From: the human T2T-CHM13v2.0 reference genome, Homo sapiens | Direction: 5' to 3' (one strand) | NCBI RefSeq assembly: GCF_009914755.1 | Contig: NC_060942.1 | DNA: 64,000 nucleotides | Part shown: piece by piece, positions 40,147 to 52,549 of the stretch | Position numbering within the stretch: position 1 is the stretch's first letter | Layout: each line of letters starts with the position of its first letter | Notes under the pieces: model-generated | Seen by the model: only the letters and a program-made list of their open reading frames with translations | Told to the model about the DNA's origin: nothing | The model's database searches: none | Translations under genes and position numbers: made by a program

Positions 40147-40215
40147 TTTTGGTGACCCAGATGGGACACATTTTGATGACCCAGATGGGACACATTTTGG
40201 TGACCCAGATGGGAC
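40141..40215 (+). promoter_or_regulatory. Primer-binding site (tRNA-Arg type), tandemly triplicated 24-bp unit
   Basis: (gacacattttggtgacccagatgg)x3 + gac; TGGTGACCCAGATGGGAC matches my recollection of the tRNA-Arg(CCG) 3'-end complement except for one CpG>TpG change. Confidence 0.9.
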
Positions 40216-41445
40216 TATTGCCTATCGCCAAGCAGTGAGTACCATTGGGCCCCTTTCATTACTATTCTGTCCTATTTTTCCTTAGAATTTGGGGGCTAAA
40301 TACTGGGCACCTGTCGGCCAGTTAAAAGTGACTAGTGCAGCCATGGGACTAAAGACACGGGTGTCAGGCTTTCTCGGAAAGGGCTCTCTAACAACCCCCA
40401 ATTCTTCAGAGTTGGGAGCGTTGGTTTTCCTGGAACCAGCTTCCGCTTTTCCTGTACTTCTGGGCTGAGCCGAGGGTTGACAGAGAGGAAAGCCATTCAG
40501 CTCCGGGGTCCTGACAACAAGTTGGTTGACCTGAGGCCATGAGCAGTACTCTCAAAGTCACGTTGCCCAAGCAAGACTCGCCCATCTATCCTATCTATCC
40601 TGACCCATGCCCCCTGGGTCCTAATGCCTGTCAGACAAACTTCCTCTCGCCTCTCTTCTCTGAGGCTAGTTCTGCTTCTAAAAACCACTCCCTGTCTCTG
40701 GTGCTTTTCTAGTTTTTCCTATAAGAATGATTTCTAGTATAAACTCCAGGACTCTATTCCCTTCTTTAGGCACCCAGGCTCACCAATCAGAAAGACATAA
40801 TTTTTGCCCAAAGCCCAATCAGGTGGGGAGACCAACTATCCTTTTAGGATCCCTCCTCAGACTAGCAGACCTAACAAAAGCTATTCCTGAAGCTAGGATA
40901 TGGGGAGCTTCAGAAATGATATCCTTCCTATTCAAGTGAGGACAAAAGGCATCACTCCTCCAACCCTAGAGATCCCTTCCTTCCCTCAGGGTATGGCAAT
41001 CCACTTCATTTTCGGGGCATAACATCTTTATAGGATGGAGTAAAGTCCCAATACTAACAGGAGAATGCTTAGAACTCTAACAGGATTTTTATAATGTGTC
41101 GGTAAGGGCCACTAAATCCAATTTTTCTTGGTCCTCTTTGTGGTCTAGGAGGACAGGCAAGGGTGCAGGTTTTCGAGAATGCATCAGTAAGCGGCCACTA
41201 AATCTGACCTTCCTCAGTCCTCCTTGTGGTCTAGGAGGAAAACTAGTGTTTCTGCTGCTGCGTCGGTGAGCGCAACTATTCCGATCAACAGGGTCCGGGG
41301 ACTGTTGCAGGTTCTTGGGCAAGAAGTGTTTCTACTGCTGCATCAGTGAGCACAACTATTCCAATCAGCAGGGTCCAGGGACCATTTGCAGGTTCTTGGG
41401 CAGGGGTAGAAACAAATCAAAACCATAGGCAGTTTTGTCTTTCAG

Positions 41446-42906
41446 ATGGGAAACACTCAGGCACCAACAGGCTCACCCTTGAAATGCATCCTAAGCCATT
41501 GGGACCAATTTGGCCCAAAAACCCTGAAAAAGAGATGGCTCATTTTTTTCTGCACTGTGGCCTGGCCCCAATATTCTCTCTCTGATGGGGAAAAATGGCC
41601 ACCTGAGGGAAGTATAAATTACAATACTATCCTGCAGCTTGACCTTTTCTGTAAGGCGGAAGGCAAATGGAGCGAAGTACTTTATGTCTAAGCTTTCTTT
41701 TCATTCAAGGAGAATCCACAACTATGCAAAGCTTGCAATTTACTTCCCACAGGAGGACCTCTCTGCTTACCTCCATATCCTAGACTCGCCATAGCTCCCC
41801 TTCCTATTAATGATAAGCCTCTCCTAATCTCCCCCACCCAGAAGGAAACAAGCAAAGAAATCTCCAAAGGATCACAAAAACTCCCGGGCTATCAGTTATG
41901 TCCCCTTCAAGCTGTAGGGGGAGGGGAATTTGGCCCAACCCAGGTACATGCCCCTTTCTCCCTCTCTGATTTAAAGCAGATCAAGGCAGACCTGGGGAAG
42001 TTTTCAGATGATCCTGATAGGTACATAGATGTCCTACAGGGTCTAGGGCAAACCTTCAATCTCACTTGGAGAGATGCCATGCTATTGTTAGATCAAACCC
42101 TGGCCTTTAATGAAAAAAATGTGGCTTTAGCTGCAGCCCGAGAGTTTGGAGATACCTGGTATCTTAGTTAAGTAAGTGATAGAATGACTACCGAAGAAAG
42201 GGACAAATTCCTTGCCGGTCAGCAAGCTGTCCCCAGTATGGATCCCCACTGGTACCTTGACTCAGATCATGGGGACTGGAGTTGCAAACATCTGTTGACC
42301 TGTGTTCTAGAAGGACTAAGGAGAATTAGGAAAAAGTCCATGAATTATTCAATGATGTCCACCATAACTCAGGGAAAGGAAGAAAATCCTTCTGCCTTCC
42401 TCGAACAGCTATGGGATGCCTTAAGAAAATATACTCCCCTGTCACCTGACTCACACGAGGGTTAATTGATTCTAAAAGATAAGTTTATTACCCAATCAGC
42501 CACAGCTATCAGGAGAAAGCTCCAAAAGTGAGCTCTGGGCCCTGAACAAAATCTGGAGGCATTATTAAAACCTGGCAACCTCAGTGTTCTATAATAGGGA
42601 CCAAGACAAACAGGTCCAAAAGGAAAGCAAGATCAGAGAAAGGCCACAGCCTTAGTCATGGCCCTCAGACAAACAAACCTTGGTGGTTCAGAGAGGACAG
42701 AAAATGGAGCGGGCCAATCAACCAGTAGGGCTTGTTATCAGTGTGGTTTACAAGGACACTTTAAAAAAGATTGTCCAATGAGAAACAAGCTGCCCCCTCG
42801 TCCATGTCCACTATGCCAAAGCAATCACTGGAAGGCACACTGCCCCAGAGGGCAAAGGTTCTCTGGGCCAAAAGCCCCCAACCAAATGATCCAAAAACAG
42901 TATTGA
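41446..42906 (+). pseudogene. gag: ERV9 gag remnant
   Basis: [22 protein letters not shown] start; MHR-like ITQGKEENPSAFLEQL; zinc knuckle CYQCGLQGHFKKDC; several premature stops and frameshifts; ends at TGA 42904-42906. Confidence 0.93.
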
Positions 42907-43139
42907 GGGTGTCCGGGGCAAGCGCCAGCACATGTCATCACCCTCACTGAGCCCCATGTACTTTTGACCATTGAGGGCCAGGAAATTGACTTCCTCCTGG
43001 ACACTTGCCCAGCTTTCTCAGGGTTAATCTCCTGTCCTGGACAGCTGTCCTCAAGGTCCGTTACCATCCAAAGAATCCTGGGACAGCCTGTAAGCAGGTA
43101 TTTCTCCCACCTCCTCAGTTGTAATTGGGAGACTTTGCT
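42907..43139 (+). pseudogene. pro: ERV9 protease remnant
   Basis: In frame after the gag TGA; IEGQEIDFLLDTCPAFS (retropepsin DTG motif altered to DTC). Confidence 0.88.
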
Positions 43140-43330
43140 ACATATAGTAAGTATGTGTATCTAATCCTATATGCCCATGCTGCAATATGGAAAGAAAGGG
43201 AGTTCCTAACCTCTGAGAGAACCCCCATTAAATATCACAAGGAAACCATGGAGTTATTGCACACAGTGCGAAAACCCAAGGAGGTGGCAGTCTTATGCTG
43301 CTGAAGCCATCAAAAGGGGAAGGAGAGGGG
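43140..43330 (+). pseudogene. pol: pol RNase H fragment (RT and integrase absent)
   Basis: Translates SKYVYLILYAHAAIWKEREFLTSERTPIKYHKETMELLHTVRKPKEVAVLCC*SHQKG. Confidence 0.85.
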
Positions 43331-43530
43331 AGAACAGCAACATAAGCAGCTGGCAGAGACAGGGAAAGACCAACAGAAAGGAAAGAGAAAGAGACAGAAA
43401 GAGAGAAAGAAGGAGTCAAAGAGAGAGACAAAGTCAAAGAGAGAGAGGAAGAGACAAAGAGGGAGTCAGAAAGAGAGAGACAAAGAAGAAGTCAAAGAAA
43501 AAGAAAGAGAGATGGAAGTAGTAAAGAAAA
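43320..43530 (+). repeat. Purine-rich (AG) low-complexity tract within the provirus
   Basis: Near-pure A/G with recurring gagagagacaaag / gtcaaaga units. Confidence 0.85.
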
Positions 43531-44109
43531 AAACAGTGTACCCTATTCCTTTAAAAGCCAGGGTAATTAAAACCTATAATTGATAATTGAAGGTCTTCTC
43601 CATGACCCCATAACACTCCAATACCACCTTGTTGTCAGTGTAAACAAGGGCATAGCCTGAAAGCACTGAGGCCACTGACAACCCATAGCCTTCCTATTAA
43701 AAACCTTAATCCAGCAGGTGTCCTAACAGGGGATCTAAATCTTAATTAATTACCATACAAAGGTCTGACCAGACCAAGGAGGAACTCCCTTCAGGACAGG
43801 AGGACAGATGTTTCCTCCAAGGAGATTAAGGGGAAAAAACGCAGTGAGTATTCAGTAAATGGTAAGGAAACTCTTGTAGAAGCAGAGTTAGGAAAATAAC
43901 CTAATAATTGGTCTGCTCAAATGTGCGAGCTCTTTGCACTCAGCCAAACCTTAAAGTACTTACAGAATCAGGAAGAAGCCATCTATATGAATTCTAAGTT
44001 AATATGGACTGAATGAGGTCTTATTAATAGCAACGAATAATTGAAATCCCAAACTTACAAGGTTTCCAACAAAAGTAAAGTTTGCTAAAAGTTAACAGTG
44101 TAACATGTA

Positions 44110-44691
44110 TTATCCTACTACCACACATTCTCAAAGGATTTCTCAGACAGTTTGCAAGAAATAACAAAATCTATCCTTCCTCTACAATCCCAAATAGACT
44201 CTTTGGCAGCAGTGACTCTCCAAAACTGCTGAGGCCTAGACGTCCTCACTGCTGAGAAAGGAGGATTCTGTACCTTCTTAGGGGAAGAATGTTGTTTTTA
44301 CACTAACCAGTCAGGGATAGTACAAGATGCCACCCGGCATTTACAGGAAAAGGCTTCTGAAATCAGACAACACCTTTCAAACTCTTATACCAACCTCTGG
44401 AGTTGGGTGACATGGCTTCTCCCCTTTCTAGGTCCTGTGACAGCCATCTTGCTATTACCCCTTTGGGCCCTGTATTTTTAACCTCCTTGTCAAATTTGTT
44501 TCCTCTAGCATCAAGGCCATCAAGCTACAGATGGTCTTACAAATGGAACCCAAAATGAGTTCAACTAACAACCTATACCAAGGACCCCTGGACTGACCAG
44601 CTGGCCCTTTCACTGGCCTAAAGAGTTCCCCTCTGGAGGACACTACAACTGCAGGGCCCCTTCTTCACCCCTATGCAGCAGGAAGTAGCTA
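44110..44691 (+). pseudogene. env: env transmembrane-subunit remnant
   Basis: [41 protein letters not shown] (immunosuppressive domain and CX6CC), WLLPFLGP membrane anchor; stops and a frameshift; SU missing. Confidence 0.92.
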
Positions 44692-44748
44692 GAACGGTCA
44701 TCACCCAATTCCCAACAGCAGTTGGGGTGTCCTGTCTAGAGGAGGAAT

Positions 44749-45478
44749 TGAGAGGTGAAGCCAGCTGGGCTTCTGGGTCGGGTGGGAACTTGGAGAACTT
44801 TTCTGTCTAGCTAAAGAATTGTAAATGCACCAATCTGCACTCTGTAAAAACACACCAATCAGCACTCTGTGTCTAGCTAAAGGATTGTAAACACACCAAT
44901 CAGCACTCTGTAAAAACGCATCAATCAGCACTCTGTAAAATGGACCAATCAGCTCTCTGTAAAATGGACCAATCAGCTCTCTGTAAAATGGAACAACCAG
45001 CAGGATGTGGGTGGGGCCAAAAGGAATAAAAGATGGCCACTCCAGCCAGCAGCTGCAACCCGCTTGGCTCCCCTTCCATGCTGTGGAAGCTTTGTTCTTT
45101 TGTTCTTCACAATAAATCTTGCTGCTGCTCACTCTTTGGGTCCACACTACCTTTATGAGCTGTAACACTCACTGTGAGGGTCTGTGGCTTCATTCCTGAA
45201 GTCAGCGAGACCACAAACCCACTGGGAGGAACAAACAACTCTGGACATGCCACCTTTAAGAGCTGTAACACTCACTGCGAAGGTCTGAGTCTTCATTCCT
45301 GAGGTCAGCGAGACCATGAACCCACCAGAAGGAAGAAACTCCGGACACATCTGAACATCTGAAAGAACAAACTCCAGACACACCATCTTTAAGAATTGTA
45401 ACACTGCAAAGGTCTGTGTCTTCATTCTTGAAGTCAGCGAGACCAAGAACCCACCGGAAGGAATAAATTCCAGACACA
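44749..45478 (+). mobile_element. 3' LTR12 preceded by polypurine tract
   Basis: agaggaggaat|tgagaggtgaagccagctgggc..ccagacaca; 7 CCAAT-type units. Confidence 0.95.
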
Positions 45479-45506
45479 AGGGGATTCTGAAAGTATCTGG
45501 ATTCTA

Positions 45507-45838
45507 TTTTTTTTTAATTTTTATTTATTTATTTATTTATTTATTTATTCATTGAGACAAGGTTTTGCTCTGTCACCCAGGTTGGCTTGCAGTAGCACAA
45601 TCATGCTCACTGCAGCCTCAACCTCCCAAACTCCAGCAGTCCTCCCACGTCAGCCTCCCAAGTAGCTGAGATCACAGGCACATGATACCATGCCTGGCTA
45701 ATTTTGTATTTTTGGTAGAGACAGGGTTTCACCATGTTGCCCAGGCTGGTCTTGAACTCCTGAACTCAAGTTATCCACCCACCTCAGCCTGTCAAAGTGC
45801 TGGGGTTACAGAAAAACAAGAGCCACTGTGCCCAGCCT
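45507..45838 (-). mobile_element. Old Alu (J/S) with (TTTA)n tail
   Basis: Alu dimer; TSD approximately aaagtatctgg..ctatt. Confidence 0.9.
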
Positions 45839-46094
45839 CTAAAAGTATCTGGTGCTATTCAGATTTTTGCTTATTCTAACTTGTGAGTTCTTCGCGTCTT
45901 ATCAAGATAGGAAGCTTTCTCCTGAAGGTTACAATATAGTGAGGCAATATTACCAAGTAAACAAGTGGTAATGCTATGTTGTTTCTAGGCAAAATTTTCT
46001 TGGAACTCCCCATGGGGGATTTGGAATGCTCCCCACAGGAACATCTTTCTAGAAGATATTTATGTTTATACCACAAAATGTACTTGAATGTTTT

Positions 46095-46790
46095 TCTATA
46101 TCAGTTTGAATTATTTTGGATGCAAGTTATGGAATCCAGACTGAAAGTGACCTAAACAATGGTGACATTTATCTTACATACAAAGAAATTCAGTAGTGGG
46201 AATTTCCACCGTTGGCTAGCTCAGCAGCTCGTGATGTCAGGGTTCTGAGTATGCTTCTCTGAAATTCTCTTTACTTTCTCCTCATGGTCACAAAATAAAT
46301 CCTGTAGCTTCAAGCATCACATCCTCACAGAAGGAGGTCTAAAGGCAAGGAGGAAAAAGGATTTCTCCTCATCTGCTTGACTTTTTTTTTTTCTTTTGAG
46401 AAAAGGTCTTGCTATGTTTCACAGTCAGGTCTTAAACTCCTAGGCTCAAGCAATTCTCCCACCTCAACTTCCTGAGTAGCTAGGATTCTAGACATGTACC
46501 ACCATATCTGGCTTGCTTCACTTTTTGAAAAAAAGAAAGAGCTTTCCAGAAATTCCAGCTGTGTTTCCATCATGTTTCATTGGCTTAGGACTGGGCCACA
46601 TGCCACTCTTAAACCAGTCACTGGTAAAGAAGAAAGAGATCACCAATACTGGTTTAAACCAATCATAATGTATCCCCAGAGATGAACCTATCTTTCCTGA
46701 GCCTATTACTGTCCTACTCTTAAAATAACTGTAGTGTTGTCAGAAAGGAAAATGAGAGGGATGGTTGTTGAAAAGACAGTTAACAAGTTC
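46095..46790 (-). mobile_element. Old MLT1 (J/K-like) LTR with an Alu monomer inserted at ~46382-46513
   Basis: ttggatgcaag..cctaaacaat..catggtcacaaaat..tttcattggcttaggactgggccacatgcc. Confidence 0.55.
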
Positions 46791-46871
46791 AACTTATCAT
46801 TTATAGATATTTTCCTTCTACTTGAAGGTCTATTTCAAAATTTGTATTTAGTATTTATTAAGAAAACAACA

Positions 46872-47190
46872 GGCTGGGCACAGTGGCTCATGCCTGTAAT
46901 CCCACCTCTTTGGGAGGCCAAGGCAGATGGATTACCTGAGGTCGTGAGTTTGAGACCAGCCTGGTCAACATGGTGAAACCCCGTCTCTACTAAAAATACA
47001 AAAATTAGCCAGGCATGGTGACATATACCTGTAATCCAAGCTACTCAGGAGGCAGCTGTAGGAGAATTGCTTGAACCCGGGAGGTGGAGGTTTCAGTGAG
47101 CCCAGGTTGTGCCATTGCACTCCGGCCTGGGCAACAGAGCAGGACTCCATCTCAAAAAACTAAAAAAAAAAAAAAAAAAGGAAAAAGAAA
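46872..47190 (+). mobile_element. AluS
   Basis: Full dimer with poly(A); flanks aagaaaacaaca. Confidence 0.92.
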
Positions 47191-47837
47191 AACAACAACA
47201 ACCTATAAACTGTTTTGAATGAAACAAATACATTTCAATCCTATCCTCAAAGGGACTTGTATCTGGAATGAAACGAGAGGCATGTATAGGAAACAGGACA
47301 AGAGAATGAACAAAAAGTTAAGGGGGCAAGAAAAAGTAAAATGTAGAATGAATGTGGACTTCCCAGATTCCAGGTTCCAAACTGAATGAACTTTGGTGTG
47401 CTATCAAAGAAGAATTTATTTTAAATCCTATCCTAGGGGTATAGTTAATTTTATTTAAAAATATTTTACTGAGATCTGTATCTCCTTGGGTCATAGTCTA
47501 AATGAAAACCTGGAGGTATAAGAATGGCTTAGGTAAAAGTATTTTACCTCTCTTTGTTCATTATATTTTATTTTCTTAAAAGAGCTGTGTGCTTATTCAA
47601 GGAGAGAAGACGATTTTGAAAATGAGATGTTGGCAAGAGGTGCAGTCCCTCAGTGCTTCACTGTGGACCCTAGAGGTTCCATCCCTGCTGCCTGGGCCCA
47701 TCTGTCATAGCACCTGTCCACATTTTGGGTGCCACCACTAATGACATCTTGTTGGGTGAATCTTTCTTTCCTAATATCCTATAAATCCATAATCTCATTT
47801 CAGGAATATACTGAGGACGGGAGGTGTGGGATAAACA

Positions 47838-48670
47838 AAAGGACTTCAAAAAATTCACAGAAAAATAAAATTAAAAGATAGAAATACAATACATAAACTT
47901 TTTCAATGTAAGTTTCATCAATGCCAAGATGTTTTTGTAAGCAATGATACCAACCATGTAGTCCATCCGTGAAAGAATTGAGGGCCCTGGGAATTTAACC
48001 TTGTCAATGCAGTGTTTTGTTTTTTTACATTATTAACCTAAGAAAAATGGATGCCCTTTAAATTTTTTTTAAGATTAGAAAACAAAAAGAATTCATAAGG
48101 AAGCAAATTAGGACTGTAAAGTGGATGCCTAATGATTTTTTCACTGAAACTCTCACAAAAGTGCCCTTGTTTGATGGGAGGAATGAGCAGGAACATTGTG
48201 GTGGTGGAGAAAGACTGTCTGGTGAAACTTTCCTGGGGGTTTTTCAGCTAAAGCTTTGGCTGACTTTCTCAAAACACTCTCGTAATAAGATGTTATCACT
48301 CTTTGGTCCTCCAGAAAGTGAACAAGCAAAATGCCTTCATCATCCCCAAATAATGTTACCATGACCTTTGCTTTTGACTGGTCCACTTTCGTTTTGACTA
48401 AGACCACTTTCACCTCTTGGTAGCCATTATTTTGATTGTGTTTTGTCTTCAGGATTGTACTAGTAAAGCTGTGTTCCATCATCTATTACAACTTTTCAAA
48501 TAAATCCTTCAGGATGTTGATCCATTTGTTTAAAATTTCCATTGAAACCTCTGCCCTTGTTTCCCAGCTGATCTGGGCTACACAGTTTTGGCACCCATCA
48601 AGAGGAAACTTTGCCCAACTTTAATTTTTTAGTCAGCATTGTGTAAGATGAACCAGTTGAGATGTCTATA
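47838..48670 (-). mobile_element. HSMAR2 mariner transposon, 3' part, with transposase pseudo-ORF
   Basis: ORF 48153-48482(-): KVMVTLFGDDEGILLVHFL..YYESVLRK..FLHHHNVPAHSS (mariner WD/HDNA motifs, degenerate); TIR-like cttcaaaaaattcacagaaaa near 47844. Confidence 0.88.
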
Positions 48671-48949
48671 GATTGCCTCCAAATTTAAGTCCATCCTTTT
48701 TATGTATACTTCTGAAGAAAAAATTACTTCTTCACTAATATGTTCTAGCATTTCTTCTTTCCATGGAAGACCACAATTTATATGAAAGGAGTTAATTAAA
48801 ACGTGCACTTGAGACTGCTAATTTTATGACAGCCTGGGTATTGCTTGGCAAAACAATAAGGATAATATCTGACTGAAATAAATAAACTTATACTTGAGAG
48901 AACTTTATGGTAGGCAACCTGCTGAGGAAAGAGATACCAGCAGGACATT

Positions 48950-49475
48950 GTGTTGACCAATTTCATGTGTCAACTTGGCTAGGGCATGGTGCTCAGTTGT
49001 TCGGTCAAATAGCAGTCTAGATGTTGCTGTGGAGGCATCTTGTAGATATGATTAACATCTATAATCAATCGAATTTAAGTAAAGGAGTTTATCCTTAATA
49101 ATGTGGTTGGGCCTCATCTAATCAGCTAAAGGCCTTAAGAGCAGAGACCAAGGTTTCCTGGAGAAGAAAGAATTCTACCTCAAGACTGTAACATGGAATT
49201 CTGCCTGAGGGCCAGGTGTGGTGGCTCATGGCTGCAGTCTCAGCACTTGGGAGGCCAAGGTGTTTGGATCGCTTGATGCCAGAAACTCGAGATCAGCCTG
49301 GGCAACATAGGAAGTTTCCATCTAAAACTAAATAAGTTAAATAAATTAAATAAATCCTGCCTGACTTTCTAGCCTGCTCTACAGACTTTGGAGAATCACA
49401 TTAGCAAATTGCTTAAAACAAATCTCTCTTTCTGTCATGTTGGTCCTGTGTTTCCTCTGGACAAACTTGATTGAT
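48950..49475 (+). mobile_element. MLT2 LTR with an Alu monomer inserted at ~49210-49350
   Basis: aatttcatgtgtcaacttggctaggg..gtctagatgttgctgtgga..gggcctcatctaatcag. Confidence 0.78.
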
Positions 49476-51364
49476 AAAGAGATTAATTCAATAAAAAGAA
49501 AAATGACTAGAAGGGCTTTAAAATGGTATAATTTCATAAAACTAAAAGATTAAGAAAAAAAGCCTTCACAGAATTAACCTGGGCAGGGCAGAATTAGGAG
49601 CATCAACAGGGGGTTTTCTTTACAGAATGTAAGGCCTCATTCACTCCTCCTGTGGCCAAGCTCTAAGGGTATATTTTGCAATAGAACGGAGATGTGTTGC
49701 TGCCCAAAATGAGGAAGAAATGAGGAAGTCCAAGGTCTAGAATTCAGCACTGGGTAGTTCTTTTAAAACCTGGTATCTACAAAAACAGATCCTACATTTT
49801 AATTCTTATCAATCTAGATTCAGAATTTGGCTGGATGCTCCTAAAGAGCTACTGAAATAGACTCAATGGCAGCTACGATGCCCAACAGAAGCAGCGATGC
49901 CTGGTGCACATAGCAGGTTGCTAGCAGGAGTCATCTGGGGTGATTCACCTGTCTTGTTGGTGAGGATATGGACATCATCTGGGGACTCTCAGAAATCCCT
50001 GAAGTGATATAGAGTCCCACATGAGCTTGCCTGTGGTGTTTTACAAACCAATAACGTAGTGTTCATAAACCAAAGTCACTTGGAGGTAAGTAGCTGCTAC
50101 AGTAGATTGTAAGCATCAGAACTGTTTTATATATCATATAATTCCCATGTGCTTATCACTATTCAAAACATTAATATCCACAGCAGCTATACCCAGCCTA
50201 GTAGCTCACAGATCAGCCTATAATGAAATTTTCAGTATTGCAAAGTAATAATATTAATACAAGAGTACCCAAGTAAAAATTATCTTTTTGTGCAAGCAGA
50301 AATTCAACTCTTGAGAATTAGTTCCTTGCCTTAAAGTTTAAACAATTTTAAAATCGTCACAAGCTTAAACACAAACAACCACACAGGGCTCCAAAAGAAG
50401 AGTCTTTTTTTTTTTAAATGGTGACTCAGCCTGACTTTTGTGACTAATTAAGCACAAATTTCACCAAGCAGAACACACTTATGCTTTTAAGTCTGGGCTG
50501 GAGAGGGACCATTTTTTTGCAAACAATTGCTCCTGTCACAACAATAAGAATTTCAATATAGAGTGAATTTTGTAGTCACTATTATTTTAAGTATTCTCCC
50601 ATCCCCACCGAAAGTGGGTCATTGAAATAATGACCAGATGAAAATTATAGGAATAACTATTCCTATACCATTTGACCACATTTCTACTGACATACAAATA
50701 AGCTAATACCTACATCTATAATGCACAAGATTTCTCTTTTCCTTCCTTGTTCCCCTGATTTTTTCCTTCAGTCTTCCCTCCCTTCATCTCCTGTACCCCA
50801 ACCAATAGCCTCTCTCACCTTAACTCTTAAATCTTCTCCTGCTCACAAACACCACCAAAAAAAAAAAAAAAGAAAAAAAAAAGATGCACTAGCAGAGGAT
50901 CCATTACTAAGTCCAGAGCAGAAGTTCCCAGATTATCAACCCACTCACAGAGGTTAAACTCCAGCAGCTGGGAGGGGGAGAAAATGACACTTGGCTTTCT
51001 GTTTCTGTAGCATCCTTGCCCCTAGTGCTCTCTGTACAGGAAAGGCCAAGATCTCACAAGGTAGGAAGTTGTTTCCTTGCTGAAACAGCATGAATGTTTA
51101 TGGGTCATTAATCTTTGAGAAATGGTTGACATTTCCTATCCTCCAGCAGTAGGTATCCAGCAAGAATTATTTAAATTCATTCAATTTTTTAAACTGCACC
51201 TACAACATTCCAGGCATTGTCAAGTTCTACGTAAAGACATTGATGAACAAGACATAGAGATCCCGGTCCTGAAGAAACTTACAGCCTGACCATGACAAAA
51301 GGGCCTACTCTCAAATATCTATAATGTTGACTGGCACAATCTAGTATTTTCCTTCACTTGTTCA

Positions 51365-52030
51365 TGTCAATAAAGGAAAATAAAAAGTCTCAGGACCCCC
51401 GAAATCCTCATGCAAAAGGGAAGGTTAAGCCTGGAAGCTGTCAGGCAACATCTTCTTCCAAATGCACGGCTGTTAGGAGCATTATGCATTAGCCAGGTTC
51501 CCGGGAAATGTTGAAAGGCAACAGGCATGTAGGAAGGGCTGTCCCATGACTCATTCATAGCAGTTGTAACTGTAGCTCTGCAAATGTAAGTCTAGCCCCT
51601 AAAACTAAAGTCTGTTGGGTTCCACACTGATAATGTCGATTACAAGCTTATCTTCTCAAGTGCAGAATAAAGGCAAGAGGTGATCAGTCATTCCTCCATC
51701 TACCAGAGAAGTCTGCATAATTGACTCTTCCTTTACTCTCTTTTTCTCTTCAAACACACACCTTATGTTATGTAAAATGCAGAGGTACTGGTCAGGAACT
51801 AAAGTCTCACAGGAATGTAACAATTTGCCTTGCAATCTACCTGCCCCTCTTCCTACATGCCTTTCCCTTCTTTAAGGAAATGTATAAATACTAAACCTCC
51901 CTAAAACTTCTTCAGAAAAATGGCCATAGATGCATCTGTGGAATGTGTTTTGCCCAGACAAGCCCTAAAGCTGGCTTAATAAAACTTGATTGATTGAGAT
52001 TGTTTTTCCTCAGTTAATGATACTTCGATA
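51365..52030 (+). mobile_element. ERV1 MER4-group solo LTR
   Basis: aaataaaaagtctcaggacccc..aaaagggaaggttaagcc..ggaaatgtataaatactaaacctcc..aataaaac. Confidence 0.7.
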
Positions 52031-52549
52031 TCTTTTGTCTAGACCCAGTTATAGTCTGCAATTTAGGCTTAAGGTTTTTCAAAATCCAGAACTTTTAGTT
52101 TTTCTTTCCTAAAATCAGAGTATTGGTCTTTTAGAGGTAAGGAAGATTAATGATTGGGAGGTAGAAAGAAGAGCACACATTTGTTGGTGACCCCATCCCT
52201 GTTTCCAATAAGTGTGTCTGAGACCTAAGGGTCAAAGGCAACCACTCGCACCAGCTTCCTTATTCACGTGTTCCAGGTGCACATGTAAAATACTGTGTTC
52301 TCATGTTCAGATGTCTGTTCTTCAGCAAGCTCCTTTCTTCACCACCTACAGAACTTGCCCAAGAAACCAGTATTTCTAGACTCATCCTTTTTCTTTCCCA
52401 TTAGCTTCAGAATTGTAAAATATTCTCAAGAAGGTTTTCAGGCCGGCTTATACCTGGAAAAACTTACAGATCTACTTGAAGCCTCTCTAAGCTCCCGGAC
52501 TAGTAAATTTCCAAAAAATCAGCTTTCAAGATGATTTTCCGTTGGGTCT

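Larger units (their letters stand above)
39502..45478 (+). mobile_element. ERV9/HERV9 provirus, internally deleted and defective
   Basis: LTR12-PBS-leader-gag-pro-(RNase H)-(env TM)-PPT-LTR12; TG...CA ends; flanks aagg/aggg (imperfect 4-bp TSD). Confidence 0.96.

Noticed and set aside
41100-41402. Two pairs of tandem duplications in the proviral leader
   Set aside because: Consistent with my recollection of the normal ERV9 leader; not locus-specific as far as I can tell
41446-44691. Functional or domesticated gag/env (syncytin-like)
   Set aside because: Multiple stops and frameshifts; ISD LQNRR decayed to LQNC*; SU absent; protease DTG altered
48153-48482. Active mariner transposase
   Set aside because: Fragment only; WD and HDNA motifs mutated; frameshifts; 5' part missing
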